Notes under the pieces: model-generated
Told to the model about the DNA's origin: nothing
Database searches by the model: none
What the model saw: only the letters and a program-made list of their open reading frames with translations
Position numbers and translations under genes: made by a program
In this document: in pieces, positions 18,370 to 28,422 of the stretch
Position numbering within the stretch: the stretch's first letter is position 1
How the letters are laid out: every line of letters begins with the position of its first letter
Origin: a virus
Lineage: Duplodnaviria; Caudoviricetes
IMG/VR virus record: IMGVR_UViG_3300043409_000487
Coordinates: 1 to 57,453 of that record
Direction: 5' to 3' (one strand)
DNA length: 57,453 bases

Positions 18370-18788
18370 TTACTATTCGAACGGCAGTGGTTGAAGACCA
18401 CAATGAAATACTGAAGGTTGCAAAGCAGTCTAAGTACACCAAGGACTTCAGCAACACGGTCATGTTTAGTTCACCCGAAGCCTATGCCAAGGGGTGGATT
18501 CGTGTTGCTGAAGAAGACGGCAAGGTTATTGGGTTTACCTGTATCCGTGAAAAAGTAAGGCAGCCAGAAACTGTGCTCTACTTCATAACTGTTGACAAGG
18601 ACACAAAGGGCAAGGGTGTGGGCAAACTGTTGATACAAGACATCATCGACAGAACTCGACACAATACATTGGCACTCAACGTGGCAAAGGACAACACTGA
18701 AGCCAAGCAGTTTTATGACACCCTTGGGTTTGTTGTGGTCGGTGAATCGCTTGCAGGCAAGGGCTGGGCTTTGCGCAAAAGTTGGTAA
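18366..18788 (+). CDS. GNAT acetyltransferase
   Basis: KGKGVGKLL motif A; N..AKQFYDTLGF motif B. Confidence 0.9.
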   Translation: MITIRTAVVEDHNEILKVAKQSKYTKDFSNTVMFSSPEAYAKGWIRVAEEDGKVIGFTCIREKVRQPETVLYFITVDKDTKGKGVGKLLIQDIIDRTRHNTLALNVAKDNTEAKQFYDTLGFVVVGESLAGKGWALRKSW

Positions 18789-18795
18789 CTTACGG

Positions 18796-18839
18796 ATTGA
18801 CCGTAACAAAAGAAAATGTATACTTCTGTTACGGTCAAT
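18796..18839 (+). promoter_or_regulatory. Internal sigma70 promoter embedded in a perfect 13-bp inverted repeat
   Basis: TTGACC-N16-TATACT; arms ATTGACCGTAACA (18796-18808) / TGTTACGGTCAAT (18827-18839). Confidence 0.7.
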
Positions 18840-18867
18840 GTTGGCTGAATTAGAAAAGGAGAATCAA

Positions 18868-19428
18868 ATGATTATCTCAATACGTGGAACCTCTGGTTCT
18901 GGCAAGACAACTTTAGTACGTTCCGTGCTGGAGAAATACCCAAATAAAGAACCAGAGTACATTCAAGGCAGAAAACAGCCGATTGGATACGTGATGTCTG
19001 GTTCTTCAGAACTTCGTGATTGCTATGTTGTTGGGCATTATGAAGCAGCCTGTGGTGGGTGCGACACAATCACATCTTACGAACAAGTGTTCGAAATTGT
19101 GCGTGAAAAGGTTCAGCAGTACCCAGCAGTGTTGTTCGAGGGTTTGCTCCTAACAGCAGAGAACAAGCGTTCAGCAGCATTGGCAGGGGATTACCCAGAC
19201 ACACACTTCGTGTTCCTAGACGTTCCTCTAGAGCAGTGCATTGCTCAGGTAAACCAACGTCGTTGGGCTAAAGATGCAAGCAAGCCTCCAGTGAACCCTA
19301 AGAATACTGCGAGTAAGCACAAAGGTGCTGTCTCCAACAAACGTCACTTGGATTCAGTTGGAGCTAATACATATTTACTGCCACATGCTGATGCAACAGC
19401 TAAGGTGTTGGAGTTATTGCATGTCTAA
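18868..19428 (+). CDS. P-loop kinase, putative 5-hydroxymethyluracil DNA kinase
   Basis: IRGTSGSGKT, GHYE..CGGCDT and LFEG motifs; cluster context; strong RBS. Confidence 0.8.
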   Translation: MIISIRGTSGSGKTTLVRSVLEKYPNKEPEYIQGRKQPIGYVMSGSSELRDCYVVGHYEAACGGCDTITSYEQVFEIVREKVQQYPAVLFEGLLLTAENKRSAALAGDYPDTHFVFLDVPLEQCIAQVNQRRWAKDASKPPVNPKNTASKHKGAVSNKRHLDSVGANTYLLPHADATAKVLELLHV

Positions 19429-20302
19429 GCAGCCAATGGCAGTTGAGCGTGTAGTTGACTTCTTCAACTATGCTGCCAAGCGTCAAGCCATAAAAGACGC
19501 ACGGGATGCTGGAGTTCCCTTCCCATACAACAACACAGACCCAATTCTGCAGAACTATCGATTCTGCAACGTGTTCCGTGAAGACGACACTGTCACAACG
19601 TGGTTCAGAGAAAACATCCGCAGCAAGTTAGAAGGCGATAGCAAGGTGTTCATTGCAACAGTTGCCTTCCGTTGGTTCAATCGTGTGACAACGGGGGAAT
19701 TGATTAAGGACGTTTTAGTCGACAAGGGCTGGGATGCTGCTGAAGTCACCCAACGGCTTACTGGTGTCAGTCCAGTCACAACTGGTGCTTACATGATAAA
19801 GACTCCTGCAAAGATGTCCAAGTTGGATGGCTTAGTTCAGTGTATAAACAACATTGCGATAGATGTGCAGTTGGAACCAGAAAAAGTTTTCAATATCACA
19901 GAAAACACCACATTAGAGCAAGTCTGGGAGCAGCTAAGAAAATACCCGTACATGGGTAACTTCATGGCATATGAAGTTGTCACAGACCTTCGACACACAC
20001 ACCTGCTGCGCAATGCACCCGACACCAACTCTTGGGCTTCCGTTGGTCCAGGAGCAGCCAGAGGTATTGAGCGCATACTTAACGTCCCTGTGGGCAGTAA
20101 GTATTCCTACGCTAGCCAAAAAGACATACCAGTTTTGCTTGAATACATGCAAGAACTGTTAGAACTCTCTCGTGTCTATTGGTCAGGTGACAGATTGTGG
20201 GAAATGAGAGAGGTAGAACACACACTATGTGAGTTCGACAAATACGAACGTGCCCTAACAGGCGAAGGTAAACCAAAACAAATCTTTAGAAAAGGAGTAT
20301 GA
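19421..20302 (+). CDS. aGPT-PPlase clade 1-like DNA-modifying enzyme
   Basis: DPILQNYRFCNVFREDD, FRWFN, GNFMAYEVVTDL, GPGAARG and EHTLCEFDKY motifs. Confidence 0.8.
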   Translation: MSKQPMAVERVVDFFNYAAKRQAIKDARDAGVPFPYNNTDPILQNYRFCNVFREDDTVTTWFRENIRSKLEGDSKVFIATVAFRWFNRVTTGELIKDVLVDKGWDAAEVTQRLTGVSPVTTGAYMIKTPAKMSKLDGLVQCINNIAIDVQLEPEKVFNITENTTLEQVWEQLRKYPYMGNFMAYEVVTDLRHTHLLRNAPDTNSWASVGPGAARGIERILNVPVGSKYSYASQKDIPVLLEYMQELLELSRVYWSGDRLWEMREVEHTLCEFDKYERALTGEGKPKQIFRKGV

Positions 20303-20883
20303 AAATGGCTACTATTAAGTTGTCAGAACGTCTAAGAGGCATGATTCAGAAACACATAGTCAATGATTCTGCACAAAAGGCTGCATTATCTGCAGTAAGG
20401 GAAGCACGACAAGAACACAACAAGACGTTCTATGAGGCGTGGTATACCAAAGAAGAACGTGAGTTACTTGCATCTTTGCCACGCACTTGGGTGAAGAATA
20501 AGCAGTATGCTGAGATATTCTTGGAAAATGACCGTGGTTGGGACAATTGTGACTTTGGTGAAGAAAAGCCACTTGATTATAACGGTGGGAACAGATTCTC
20601 AGTCCCCAAAGACCACCCGTTCAGTATTCGTTACTATCAGCTGAAGCGTAAGTTAGAGGAGGCTGAAACTGAACTTGGTGTACTGGAACTCAAGGTGAAG
20701 GGTGTGCTCAGCAGCTTTACAACAGTAGCAGCTTTGCAAAAAGGCTGGTCAGAAATTGAGCCGTATATTCAAGCAGCCTTGACCGAAAACGGTATGGACG
20801 GTGGTAAAGTTTACCTCCCAGCAATTCCAGTTGCTGAGTTGAACGACATCCTCAAACTTCCAAAACAAGGTGAACAACAATGA
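20299..20883 (+). CDS. Nmad5-like nucleotide-modification-associated protein
   Basis: SFTTVAALQKGWSE and LPAIPVAELNDILKLP C-terminal pattern; position in the cluster. Confidence 0.6.
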   Translation: MKMATIKLSERLRGMIQKHIVNDSAQKAALSAVREARQEHNKTFYEAWYTKEERELLASLPRTWVKNKQYAEIFLENDRGWDNCDFGEEKPLDYNGGNRFSVPKDHPFSIRYYQLKRKLEEAETELGVLELKVKGVLSSFTTVAALQKGWSEIEPYIQAALTENGMDGGKVYLPAIPVAELNDILKLPKQGEQQ

Positions 20884-21962
20884 TAGTTATTCGTGCTAAA
20901 AACGTACAAGATGCGTTGTGGCGTGGTATGGGCTTACTCGGAACTTCAGGTGTAAAGCGTGATTCCAGAAACGGTACTGTGTTGATGGCTCCAGAGCCTG
21001 TAACTACGGTTTATGAAAACCCAACGGAACGTGTGTTGTTCTGGCAACCACGTGATGCAAACCCATTCTTTCATTTGTTTGAAAGCCTATGGATGTTGGC
21101 TGGTAGAAACGACACCGCTTTTGTCTGTGAGTTTGTCAAGCGCATGTCCGACTATTCTGACGATGGTGAGACCTTCCACGGTGCGTATGGATACCGCTGG
21201 GTTCAACACTTTGGGTTTGACCAATTACAGCCAATAGTTGAAGCGTTGTGGAAAAATAAAGATGACAGACGTCAAGTGCTGCAAATCTGGGATGCTACTG
21301 CTGACTTAGGTAAACAAGGCAAGGACTTCCCCTGCAACATTGCGGTGCACTTCCAAGTGAATGTCAACGGTGCATTGGACATGTCTGTGTTCAACCGTTC
21401 CAATGACATGATATGGGGTGCGTATGGTGCAAATGCTGTTCACTTCTCCGTGCTTCAAGAATATATGGCAGGGGCAATTGGGATTCCAGTTGGTCAGTAC
21501 AGACAGGTGAGTGATAACTTCCATGCGTATACAGCAGTTTGGGAGCCTCTGGCTGAAGCCATGATGTACCAACCCCACGGTGAAGGCAGCATACTCAATA
21601 CCAACCACTACTTGAACCACACAACCCAAACCACCCCCTTGGGCGTTACACCAGAAAACCACGAAGAATTCATCCAAGACTGTATTGAATTCTGTCAGTA
21701 TGTTGTAACTGGAATTCCCAGTACATACACACCTAAGTCACAGTTCTTTAGCGGTGTGGTCATGCCAATGTTCATTGCCCACCAGAACTACAAACAAACT
21801 TCTGGTGTAGAAAAGTATGACTCCACCCTCCAGTTACTGGACGAGGTTACTGGACAAGATTGGGCGTTGGGTGCTTCCCTTTGGGTCATGTCAAGACGTG
21901 ACAAGTTCATGAAAGCCCAGCGGTTGCAACGTGCGCAGGACGATGGGGTATTCTATGAATAG
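20880..21962 (+). CDS. Thymidylate-synthase-family dUMP hydroxymethylase
   Basis: SRNG, NPFFH, GAYGYR, KDFPCN, NRSND..WG..N and NFHAY motifs. Confidence 0.85.
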   Translation: MIVIRAKNVQDALWRGMGLLGTSGVKRDSRNGTVLMAPEPVTTVYENPTERVLFWQPRDANPFFHLFESLWMLAGRNDTAFVCEFVKRMSDYSDDGETFHGAYGYRWVQHFGFDQLQPIVEALWKNKDDRRQVLQIWDATADLGKQGKDFPCNIAVHFQVNVNGALDMSVFNRSNDMIWGAYGANAVHFSVLQEYMAGAIGIPVGQYRQVSDNFHAYTAVWEPLAEAMMYQPHGEGSILNTNHYLNHTTQTTPLGVTPENHEEFIQDCIEFCQYVVTGIPSTYTPKSQFFSGVVMPMFIAHQNYKQTSGVEKYDSTLQLLDEVTGQDWALGASLWVMSRRDKFMKAQRLQRAQDDGVFYE

Positions 21963-22461
21963 CCTAGAACTTGTTCAAGAGTACAGAACTGCCACGAAGG
22001 TGGAGCGTTGTCACACAATACCCCACCATGGTTCTTACTCCATTGGACAACATTCTGCGGATGCCTTGGCTTTGTTATTTGCAATAAAGCCAACTGTCAG
22101 CGCAAACCTTTGCAAGGCTATGTTGATGCATGACTTTGCTGAGCAGTACCTTGGTGACTTGCCAGCAACTGCAAAGTGGGAAAACCCAAAGTTGAAGCAG
22201 GTGTATGAAGAGGCTGAAGAACAAGCGTTGAAGAGCCTCTGTGGTGACTTTGACCTGACGGAAGAGGAAGCTATTTGGCTCAGATGGGCTGACATTCTGG
22301 AATTCTTCTTTTGGTGCTTAGACCAACAACGTCTTGGCAACATGAATGTGCAGCAACCTTTGAAAAATGCAGCTGGGTGGATTCAGAAGAACTTGAATAC
22401 TGCACCAGAACAAATCATACAACTGATAGGAGAAATTACGGATGAGAACAAGCAAGCCTAG
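21955..22461 (+). CDS. HD-domain phosphohydrolase (YfbR-like nucleotidase)
   Basis: R.HT, QHS, MHDFAE...GDLP..AK and ADILE motifs. Confidence 0.8.
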   Translation: MNSLELVQEYRTATKVERCHTIPHHGSYSIGQHSADALALLFAIKPTVSANLCKAMLMHDFAEQYLGDLPATAKWENPKLKQVYEEAEEQALKSLCGDFDLTEEEAIWLRWADILEFFFWCLDQQRLGNMNVQQPLKNAAGWIQKNLNTAPEQIIQLIGEITDENKQA

Positions 22462-22642
22462 TCCAGCAGTTGAAGTGGACGTCGAAGTAAGACGTGAAAC
22501 GGAAAAGGCTTATTTGGTATTTTGTGTTGACAAGGAACATTGGATACCAAAAAGTCAAATCAGCGACACAGTCGAAGAGAATGGCAAAATAACTGCCGTC
22601 TTTATCCCAGAATGGTTAGCGAATGAAAAGGGCTTAATATGA
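22442..22642 (+). CDS. Small hypothetical protein
   Basis: ETEKA, WIPKSQI and IPEWLANEKGL motifs common in phages; AGGAG RBS. Confidence 0.7.
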   Translation: MRTSKPSPAVEVDVEVRRETEKAYLVFCVDKEHWIPKSQISDTVEENGKITAVFIPEWLANEKGLI

Positions 22643-22983
22643 CAACTGCGAATGATAAACAAGTTGGTGGAGAACACTACCAGAGTGAATACCAACACTG
22701 GGACTATGTCCCACAGGCTGAGTTGGACTACCACCAAGGGTGCGCAACAAAGTATTTGCGCTTTCGTAAAAAGAATGGCATGCAAGACCTGCAGAAGTTA
22801 CGGCACTATGTAGAGAAGTTGCAGGAGAAGCAGGAGAAGCGCAGAGAACTGTCCGAACGGTTTGGTGGGGCAAACGGCTTAACTGCCCAAGAGACAGCAC
22901 TAGCGGTTGCAATAGCCACGTCAGACTTTGATAAGGCTTTGCGTATTGTTGATGACTTAATCTTCGAGTGGGACGGAAAATGA
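22639..22983 (+). CDS. DUF3310-like (T7 gp1.7-like) putative nucleotide kinase
   Basis: QVGGEHY...KYL.R..KKNG.QDL.K..HY motif. Confidence 0.7.
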   Translation: MTTANDKQVGGEHYQSEYQHWDYVPQAELDYHQGCATKYLRFRKKNGMQDLQKLRHYVEKLQEKQEKRRELSERFGGANGLTAQETALAVAIATSDFDKALRIVDDLIFEWDGK

Positions 22984-24854
22984 TGCAAGGCATACTGTTC
23001 GAACCACAAAGTGCATGGACTCCACCCAACTTGGCGGACTTGCCAAGTTGGAAGGACGTTAAGCGTGTTGGGCTTGACACAGAAACAAAAGACCCTGACA
23101 TCAAGAAGTTTGGTCCAGGAGCGTTGCGAGATAACAGTTGGGTGGTGGGCATATCGTTTGCTTTTGAAGATGGCAAGTCTTACTACTTACCAATACGACA
23201 CAAAGGTGGTGGGAACTTGGACGAAGTTCAGGTGTTGAACTATCTACGTGAACAAGCTGAACACTTCACGGGTGAAATTGTCGGTGCCAACCTTTCTTAT
23301 GACTTGTTGTTCTTGGCTGTGGAAGACATCTGGTTCAAGTGGGCTACGTTCCGTGACATACAGATTGCTGACCCACTTATCTACGAGTTGCATGATTCTT
23401 ACAGCCTCAACAACATTGCCAAGCGGTATGGGTTCGAAGGTAAAGATGAACAGTTACTGCGTGAAGCAGCTTCAGCGTTTGGTGTTGACCCAAAGGCAGA
23501 CATGTGGAAACTGCATTCACGTTATGTTGGTGCATATGCAGAGGAAGATGCTGCATTACCACTGAAGATTTTGCGCAAACAAGAAGAAATAATTCTGAAG
23601 GAAGACTTGACAAGAATATGGGACTTGGAGTCCAAGGTATTGCCTGTTCTTGTCAAGTTAAAACTTCGTGGTGTTGCTGTGGACGAAGACAGACTCGAGC
23701 AAGTGGAACTTTGGTCAATGGAACAAGAGACCAAGGCACTTGAAGAAGTGTACGCCAGAACTGGGGTACGTATTGCAGTTGGGGACGTGTGGAAGCCAGA
23801 CGCAATTGCCCCAGCGATAAAATCCTTGGGCATAGACATGAGTCTAACAACCACAGGCAAGGTGTCCATCGATAAAGACTTTCTTGACAGCATAGACCAC
23901 CCCGTTGCCAAGGTTCTTGGTTGGGCACGTAAAACAAATAAACTGAGAACAACATTCGCAAATTCTGTACGTGTGAGGTTGATACACGGCAGGATTCACT
24001 GCTCATTCAACCAACTTGCAAGAGACGACGGAGAAGGTGGCGTCCGTGGTGCACGTTACGGTAGGTTGAGTAGCGAACAACCTAACTTACAACAACAACC
24101 TGCGAGGGATGAATTCGCAGCCATGTGGCGTGGTATCTATGTCCCAGACGGTGTTGGCAATTTATGGGCTGCATTGGACTATTCTCAGCAAGAACCACGG
24201 CAGTTGATACACTACGCAGAACTGTGTCAACTACCAAGGGCTTCTGAAGCAGCACAGCGATACCGTGATGACCCGAATACAGACAACCACCAGATGATGG
24301 CTGACCTTGCTGGCATTGCACGTAAGCCAGCCAAGGAACTATTCCTAGGTAAGTGCTATGGTATGGGCGGTGCGAAACTTTGCCACAAACTTGGACTGCC
24401 AACAAAACACATCACCACACGTGCTGGTAAGATTGTTGAAGTTGCTGGAGACGAAGGTCAGGCAATCATTGACAGGTTCGATAGTCAGTTACCTTTTGTC
24501 AATCAGTTGGCTAAGATGTGTGAGGCTTCTGCACAGCGCAAAGGGTACACACAAACCGTTGGTGGTCGCAAATGCCACTTCCCCAAAGATGTAAACGGCA
24601 ACTACGACTGGACGCACAAAGCACTAAACAGATTGATTCAGGGTAGTTCAGCAGACCAAACCAAGACGGCAATGGTTGCTGTGGATGCTGCTGGGTATGA
24701 GATTCAGCTGCAGGTGCACGATGAACTTGACTTGACTGTCAGTTCTAAAAAGGAAGCAGAAGACATTGCAGAGATTATGATGAACTGCTTACCACTGCGT
24801 GTACCTTCCAAGGTTGACGTGGAAGTTGGTGCTAGTTGGGGAGAAGCAAAATGA
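22980..24854 (+). CDS. polA: Family A DNA polymerase with 3'-5' exonuclease
   Basis: LDTET, NLSYD, GRLSS..PNLQQ, DYSQQEPR, YGMG and QVHDE motifs. Confidence 0.95.
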   Translation: MMQGILFEPQSAWTPPNLADLPSWKDVKRVGLDTETKDPDIKKFGPGALRDNSWVVGISFAFEDGKSYYLPIRHKGGGNLDEVQVLNYLREQAEHFTGEIVGANLSYDLLFLAVEDIWFKWATFRDIQIADPLIYELHDSYSLNNIAKRYGFEGKDEQLLREAASAFGVDPKADMWKLHSRYVGAYAEEDAALPLKILRKQEEIILKEDLTRIWDLESKVLPVLVKLKLRGVAVDEDRLEQVELWSMEQETKALEEVYARTGVRIAVGDVWKPDAIAPAIKSLGIDMSLTTTGKVSIDKDFLDSIDHPVAKVLGWARKTNKLRTTFANSVRVRLIHGRIHCSFNQLARDDGEGGVRGARYGRLSSEQPNLQQQPARDEFAAMWRGIYVPDGVGNLWAALDYSQQEPRQLIHYAELCQLPRASEAAQRYRDDPNTDNHQMMADLAGIARKPAKELFLGKCYGMGGAKLCHKLGLPTKHITTRAGKIVEVAGDEGQAIIDRFDSQLPFVNQLAKMCEASAQRKGYTQTVGGRKCHFPKDVNGNYDWTHKALNRLIQGSSADQTKTAMVAVDAAGYEIQLQVHDELDLTVSSKKEAEDIAEIMMNCLPLRVPSKVDVEVGASWGEAK

Positions 24855-25345
24855 CCGAATGGGATAAGCGTTTTATGCAGATGGCACAACTTGTGGCTTC
24901 TTGGAGTAAAGACCCAAGTACAAAGGTTGGTGCGGTATTGGTTGGGGAAGACCGCTCAATACTTTCTACTGGGTTTAATGGATTGCCTAGAGGGGTGGCG
25001 GACTTACAACAACGACTGGAAGACCGTCCGACAAAATATTCAATGACCGTGCACGCAGAAGTAAACTGTATAATTCAAGCACCAAAGTTAAAAGGCACAG
25101 AAACTCTGTACGTGTACCCTTTGTTCTGTTGCTCTGCTTGTGCTGGGGTGGTTATACAGTCTGGCATACGCAAGGTGGTATTCCCTGCAGGGGCAGTGGA
25201 CAACGAACGATGGACAGATTCATTCAACCTAGCCTCTGAAATGTTTAAGGAGGCTAATGTCACTATGGAGTTTATTGATGTCGGAGAAGTTGATGCGCAA
25301 CAAGGTTGTCCAGCTGCTCAAACGGCTGGATGCGGTTGCTGTTGA
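24851..25345 (+). CDS. dCMP deaminase
   Basis: SKDPSTKVGA, GFNG, HAE.N and C..C motifs. Confidence 0.9.
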   Translation: MTEWDKRFMQMAQLVASWSKDPSTKVGAVLVGEDRSILSTGFNGLPRGVADLQQRLEDRPTKYSMTVHAEVNCIIQAPKLKGTETLYVYPLFCCSACAGVVIQSGIRKVVFPAGAVDNERWTDSFNLASEMFKEANVTMEFIDVGEVDAQQGCPAAQTAGCGCC

Positions 25346-25676
25346 GAATCCAGCCTATCCTGGAACACCTGATGTGAACTACATTGGTGGTTGGGTAGAA
25401 CTGAAATACATGAGAGTTTGGACACACGGTGCTGGTGTTGTTAAGATACACCACTTCACACCACAACAACGGGCTTGGTTACACAGACGTTGGCGTAAGG
25501 GTGGTGCTGCGTGGTTGCTTCTGAAGGTTGGTACGCAATGGTTACTGTTTGATGGTGCAACAGCAGCGACAAAGGTCGGTAAGACCACGAGATTGGAATT
25601 AGAACGGTTAGCCAAACACACCAAGTTTGGACAACCCACAAGCGAGGAGTTAGAACAATGGTTATTGAGGAATTAG
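25278..25676 (+). CDS. VRR-NUC / PD-(D/E)XK nuclease, putative Holliday-junction resolvase
   Basis: GTPD...WVELK...QQRAW motifs. Confidence 0.75.
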   Translation: MSEKLMRNKVVQLLKRLDAVAVENPAYPGTPDVNYIGGWVELKYMRVWTHGAGVVKIHHFTPQQRAWLHRRWRKGGAAWLLLKVGTQWLLFDGATAATKVGKTTRLELERLAKHTKFGQPTSEELEQWLLRN

Positions 25677-26044
25677 AACTGACAGCAGGTGAGCGATTGT
25701 TCACGATGCGTCGTCGATTAAAATTACGGCAGAAATACTTAGCTGAATCCCTTGGGCTTACATACCACGAATACTCAAGTATGGAACACGATAAACGTCC
25801 TGTTGTGGGTGACGAAACTCTGCTAAACTTGGAAGAATTCCGTGAATTCAGAACAACCCAACGCACCATGAAAGAACTGGTGTTGGAAGAGTACGAGAAG
25901 TTAGTCATCCTGCGTAGACGTACTGGTGTTAAGCAAGTAGAAATTGCCCATGAGCTGAAACTCTCCAGAACTTGGCTTAACCGCATTGAGCGTGGTTTGG
26001 TGGATTGTTCACCCTTGCGGTGGTTCTGGGAGAACCGTGCATGA
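25658..26044 (+). CDS. Tandem XRE-type HTH protein
   Basis: Two HTH repeats: RRRLKLRQKYLAESLGL..YSSME and RRRTGVKQVEIAHELKLSRTWLNRIERG. Confidence 0.8.
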   Translation: MVIEELELTAGERLFTMRRRLKLRQKYLAESLGLTYHEYSSMEHDKRPVVGDETLLNLEEFREFRTTQRTMKELVLEEYEKLVILRRRTGVKQVEIAHELKLSRTWLNRIERGLVDCSPLRWFWENRA

Positions 26045-28422
26045 TACAGGACGCAATTGATTTTCTGAAAAAGTACGCACCAGAGGGTGCTTGGGTTCTG
26101 ACTTCAATTGACCCCAACAAACGTGGTATCCAAACTCGCACATTTTACCCTTCAGACGAACCTGTGCTGTTGGACTGGCTTGCCCAGAATAATGGTGAAC
26201 GTAACATATACTTCCACGTCAACAAAACAATCCGTGACCTTCAGAAAAAGGCAGAACGTGAAGACATTGAGAACATGGGTTGGCTGCATGTGGACATTGA
26301 CCCCAAGGCTGGGGAAGATATTGTGCAGGAACAAGAACGTGCCTTAGCACTGCTCAAAAACCCTCCTGGAAATGTCCCTGCCCCAACTGTTATTGTATTC
26401 TCTGGGGGTGGGTATCAAGGCTTCTGGAAGTTACGTGAACCAGTCCAAATCAACGGTGACTTGGGTAAGGCTGAAGATGCAAAACGCTACAACATGCAAT
26501 TAGAAGTGCTGTTTGGTGCGGACAATTGTCATAACATTGACCGTATCATGCGTCTTCCAGGAACGATGAACGTACCAGACGCACGCAAGCGCAAGAAGGG
26601 GCGTGTTGCTGTAGAAGCCAAGTTGGTGGAGTTCAATAGTGACCTTGTCTATGACATAACACAATTCACCCCTGCCCAAGCGGTACAACTTGCTTCTGAC
26701 TCTGGGTTTGGTGGTTCGAGTACTGTCAAGATTAGCGGTAACATCAAGCGTTTAGATTCGGTTGAAGAACTGGATTGTCCAGACCGAATCAAGGTCATTA
26801 TTGTGCAGGGCAGACACCCAGACGAAGGTGCAAAGGCTGGTGACGATTCACGCAGTGCGTGGCTGTTTGATGCAATCTGTGGCATGGTTCGAGCAGACGT
26901 ACCAGACGATGTTATCTTCTCAGTTGTGACAGACCCTGACTTTCGTATATCAGATTCAGTGTTGGACAAAGGCACAGCAGCAGAACGCTATGCACTAAGA
27001 CAGATTGAACGTGCCAAAGAAGAATCAATTGACCCGAACCTGCGAATACTGAACGAAAAGCACGCAGTCATCAGCAATATGGGTGGGCGTTGTAGGGTGG
27101 TTGAGGAGGTTATGGACTTTGCTCTCAACCGCACACGAATCACCAAGCAATCATTCGAGGACTTCCGCAACCGATACATGCACAAGTCTGTGCAAATAGG
27201 CACTGATTCAAAGGGCAACCCACAATTCATGCAGATGGGTAAGTGGTGGTTGCAGCACCCAAACCGAAAGCAATACGACACCATTGTCTTTGCTCCTGGA
27301 AAGGAAGTTCCTTCAGCCTTCAACCTTTGGAAAGGCTTCGCAGTAGAAGCACGTCCAGGAAATTTGCACCAAAAATACCTGAAACATATTCTTGACAACG
27401 TGTGTTCTGGTGACCAGTCCCATTTTGACTACACAATTGGCTGGATGGCTTCTGCGGTGCAAAAGCCCGATTCTCCAGGACAGACCGCAATTGTCCTGCG
27501 TGGGCGTCAGGGGACAGGTAAGTCGTTCTTCATTAAGATGTTTGGTCGTTTGTTTGGACGCCACTATATGCAAGTGTCAGACCCCAAACACTTGGTTGGC
27601 TCATTTAACAGCCATTTGCGTGACTGTGTGGTGCTGTTCGGTGACGAGGCTTTTTATGCTGGCGACAAGAAACACGAATCAGTGCTCAAAACACTAATCA
27701 CAGAAGAGACAATTACCATTGAAGCAAAGGGTGTTGATGCAGAGGCAGCAATGAACTGTACCCACGTGCTGTTGGCTTCGAACAATAGTTGGGTTGTCCC
27801 TGCTGGAGTTGATGAACGTCGCTACTTTGTGCTGGACGTTGGTGACCACCAGATGCAAAACTCAGGCTACTTCGAAGAGATTGCAAAGGAGTTGGAGAAT
27901 GGTGGGTTGGGCAATCTGTTGTTTTACCTGACACAGTATGACCTCAGTAAATTCAACGTGCGTAACGTGCCAAAGACGGCTGCACTACGTGAACAGAAAT
28001 TGTACACGCTGTCACCCGAAGAAGAATGGTGGTACAACAAACTGCAGGAAGGCAGACTCAACCAAGAATCAGAGGTTTGGGAGTCTGACATTCAAAAGGA
28101 CACACTATTCCTAGACTATGTGGAGCACCAGAAGTTGGTCGGTATCTTCCGCAGGGCAACCCCAACCACCTTGGGCAAATTCTTAGCCAAGGTTTGTCCA
28201 GAGGGCTATCCGAAGTCCCTCCAAAAACTAATCACCGTTAAGATACCAGACGGTCAGGGGTGGAGTAAGGAAGTTAAACGCAGACCGTATTTTTACCAGT
28301 TCCCAGACCTTGAGACGTTAAGAAGCCACTGGGACACACACTTCCAAACTGGCGAGGCGTGGCAGCAAGTAAGTCAAGAACCAGTACACCAACAGACAAT
28401 ACACCAAGGAGAACCATTCTAA
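26041..28422 (+). CDS. Primase-helicase (RepB'-like primase domain plus SF3-like NTPase)
   Basis: HVDID, SGGGYQ.FW, RIMRLPGT.N, GRQGTGKS, DEA and RRY motifs. Confidence 0.85.
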   Translation: MIQDAIDFLKKYAPEGAWVLTSIDPNKRGIQTRTFYPSDEPVLLDWLAQNNGERNIYFHVNKTIRDLQKKAEREDIENMGWLHVDIDPKAGEDIVQEQERALALLKNPPGNVPAPTVIVFSGGGYQGFWKLREPVQINGDLGKAEDAKRYNMQLEVLFGADNCHNIDRIMRLPGTMNVPDARKRKKGRVAVEAKLVEFNSDLVYDITQFTPAQAVQLASDSGFGGSSTVKISGNIKRLDSVEELDCPDRIKVIIVQGRHPDEGAKAGDDSRSAWLFDAICGMVRADVPDDVIFSVVTDPDFRISDSVLDKGTAAERYALRQIERAKEESIDPNLRILNEKHAVISNMGGRCRVVEEVMDFALNRTRITKQSFEDFRNRYMHKSVQIGTDSKGNPQFMQMGKWWLQHPNRKQYDTIVFAPGKEVPSAFNLWKGFAVEARPGNLHQKYLKHILDNVCSGDQSHFDYTIGWMASAVQKPDSPGQTAIVLRGRQGTGKSFFIKMFGRLFGRHYMQVSDPKHLVGSFNSHLRDCVVLFGDEAFYAGDKKHESVLKTLITEETITIEAKGVDAEAAMNCTHVLLASNNSWVVPAGVDERRYFVLDVGDHQMQNSGYFEEIAKELENGGLGNLLFYLTQYDLSKFNVRNVPKTAALREQKLYTLSPEEEWWYNKLQEGRLNQESEVWESDIQKDTLFLDYVEHQKLVGIFRRATPTTLGKFLAKVCPEGYPKSLQKLITVKIPDGQGWSKEVKRRPYFYQFPDLETLRSHWDTHFQTGEAWQQVSQEPVHQQTIHQGEPF

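Noticed and set aside
25658-26044. Lysogeny repressor implying a temperate lifestyle
   Set aside because: No integrase, partition genes or divergent immunity region. The gene is co-oriented inside the replication operon.
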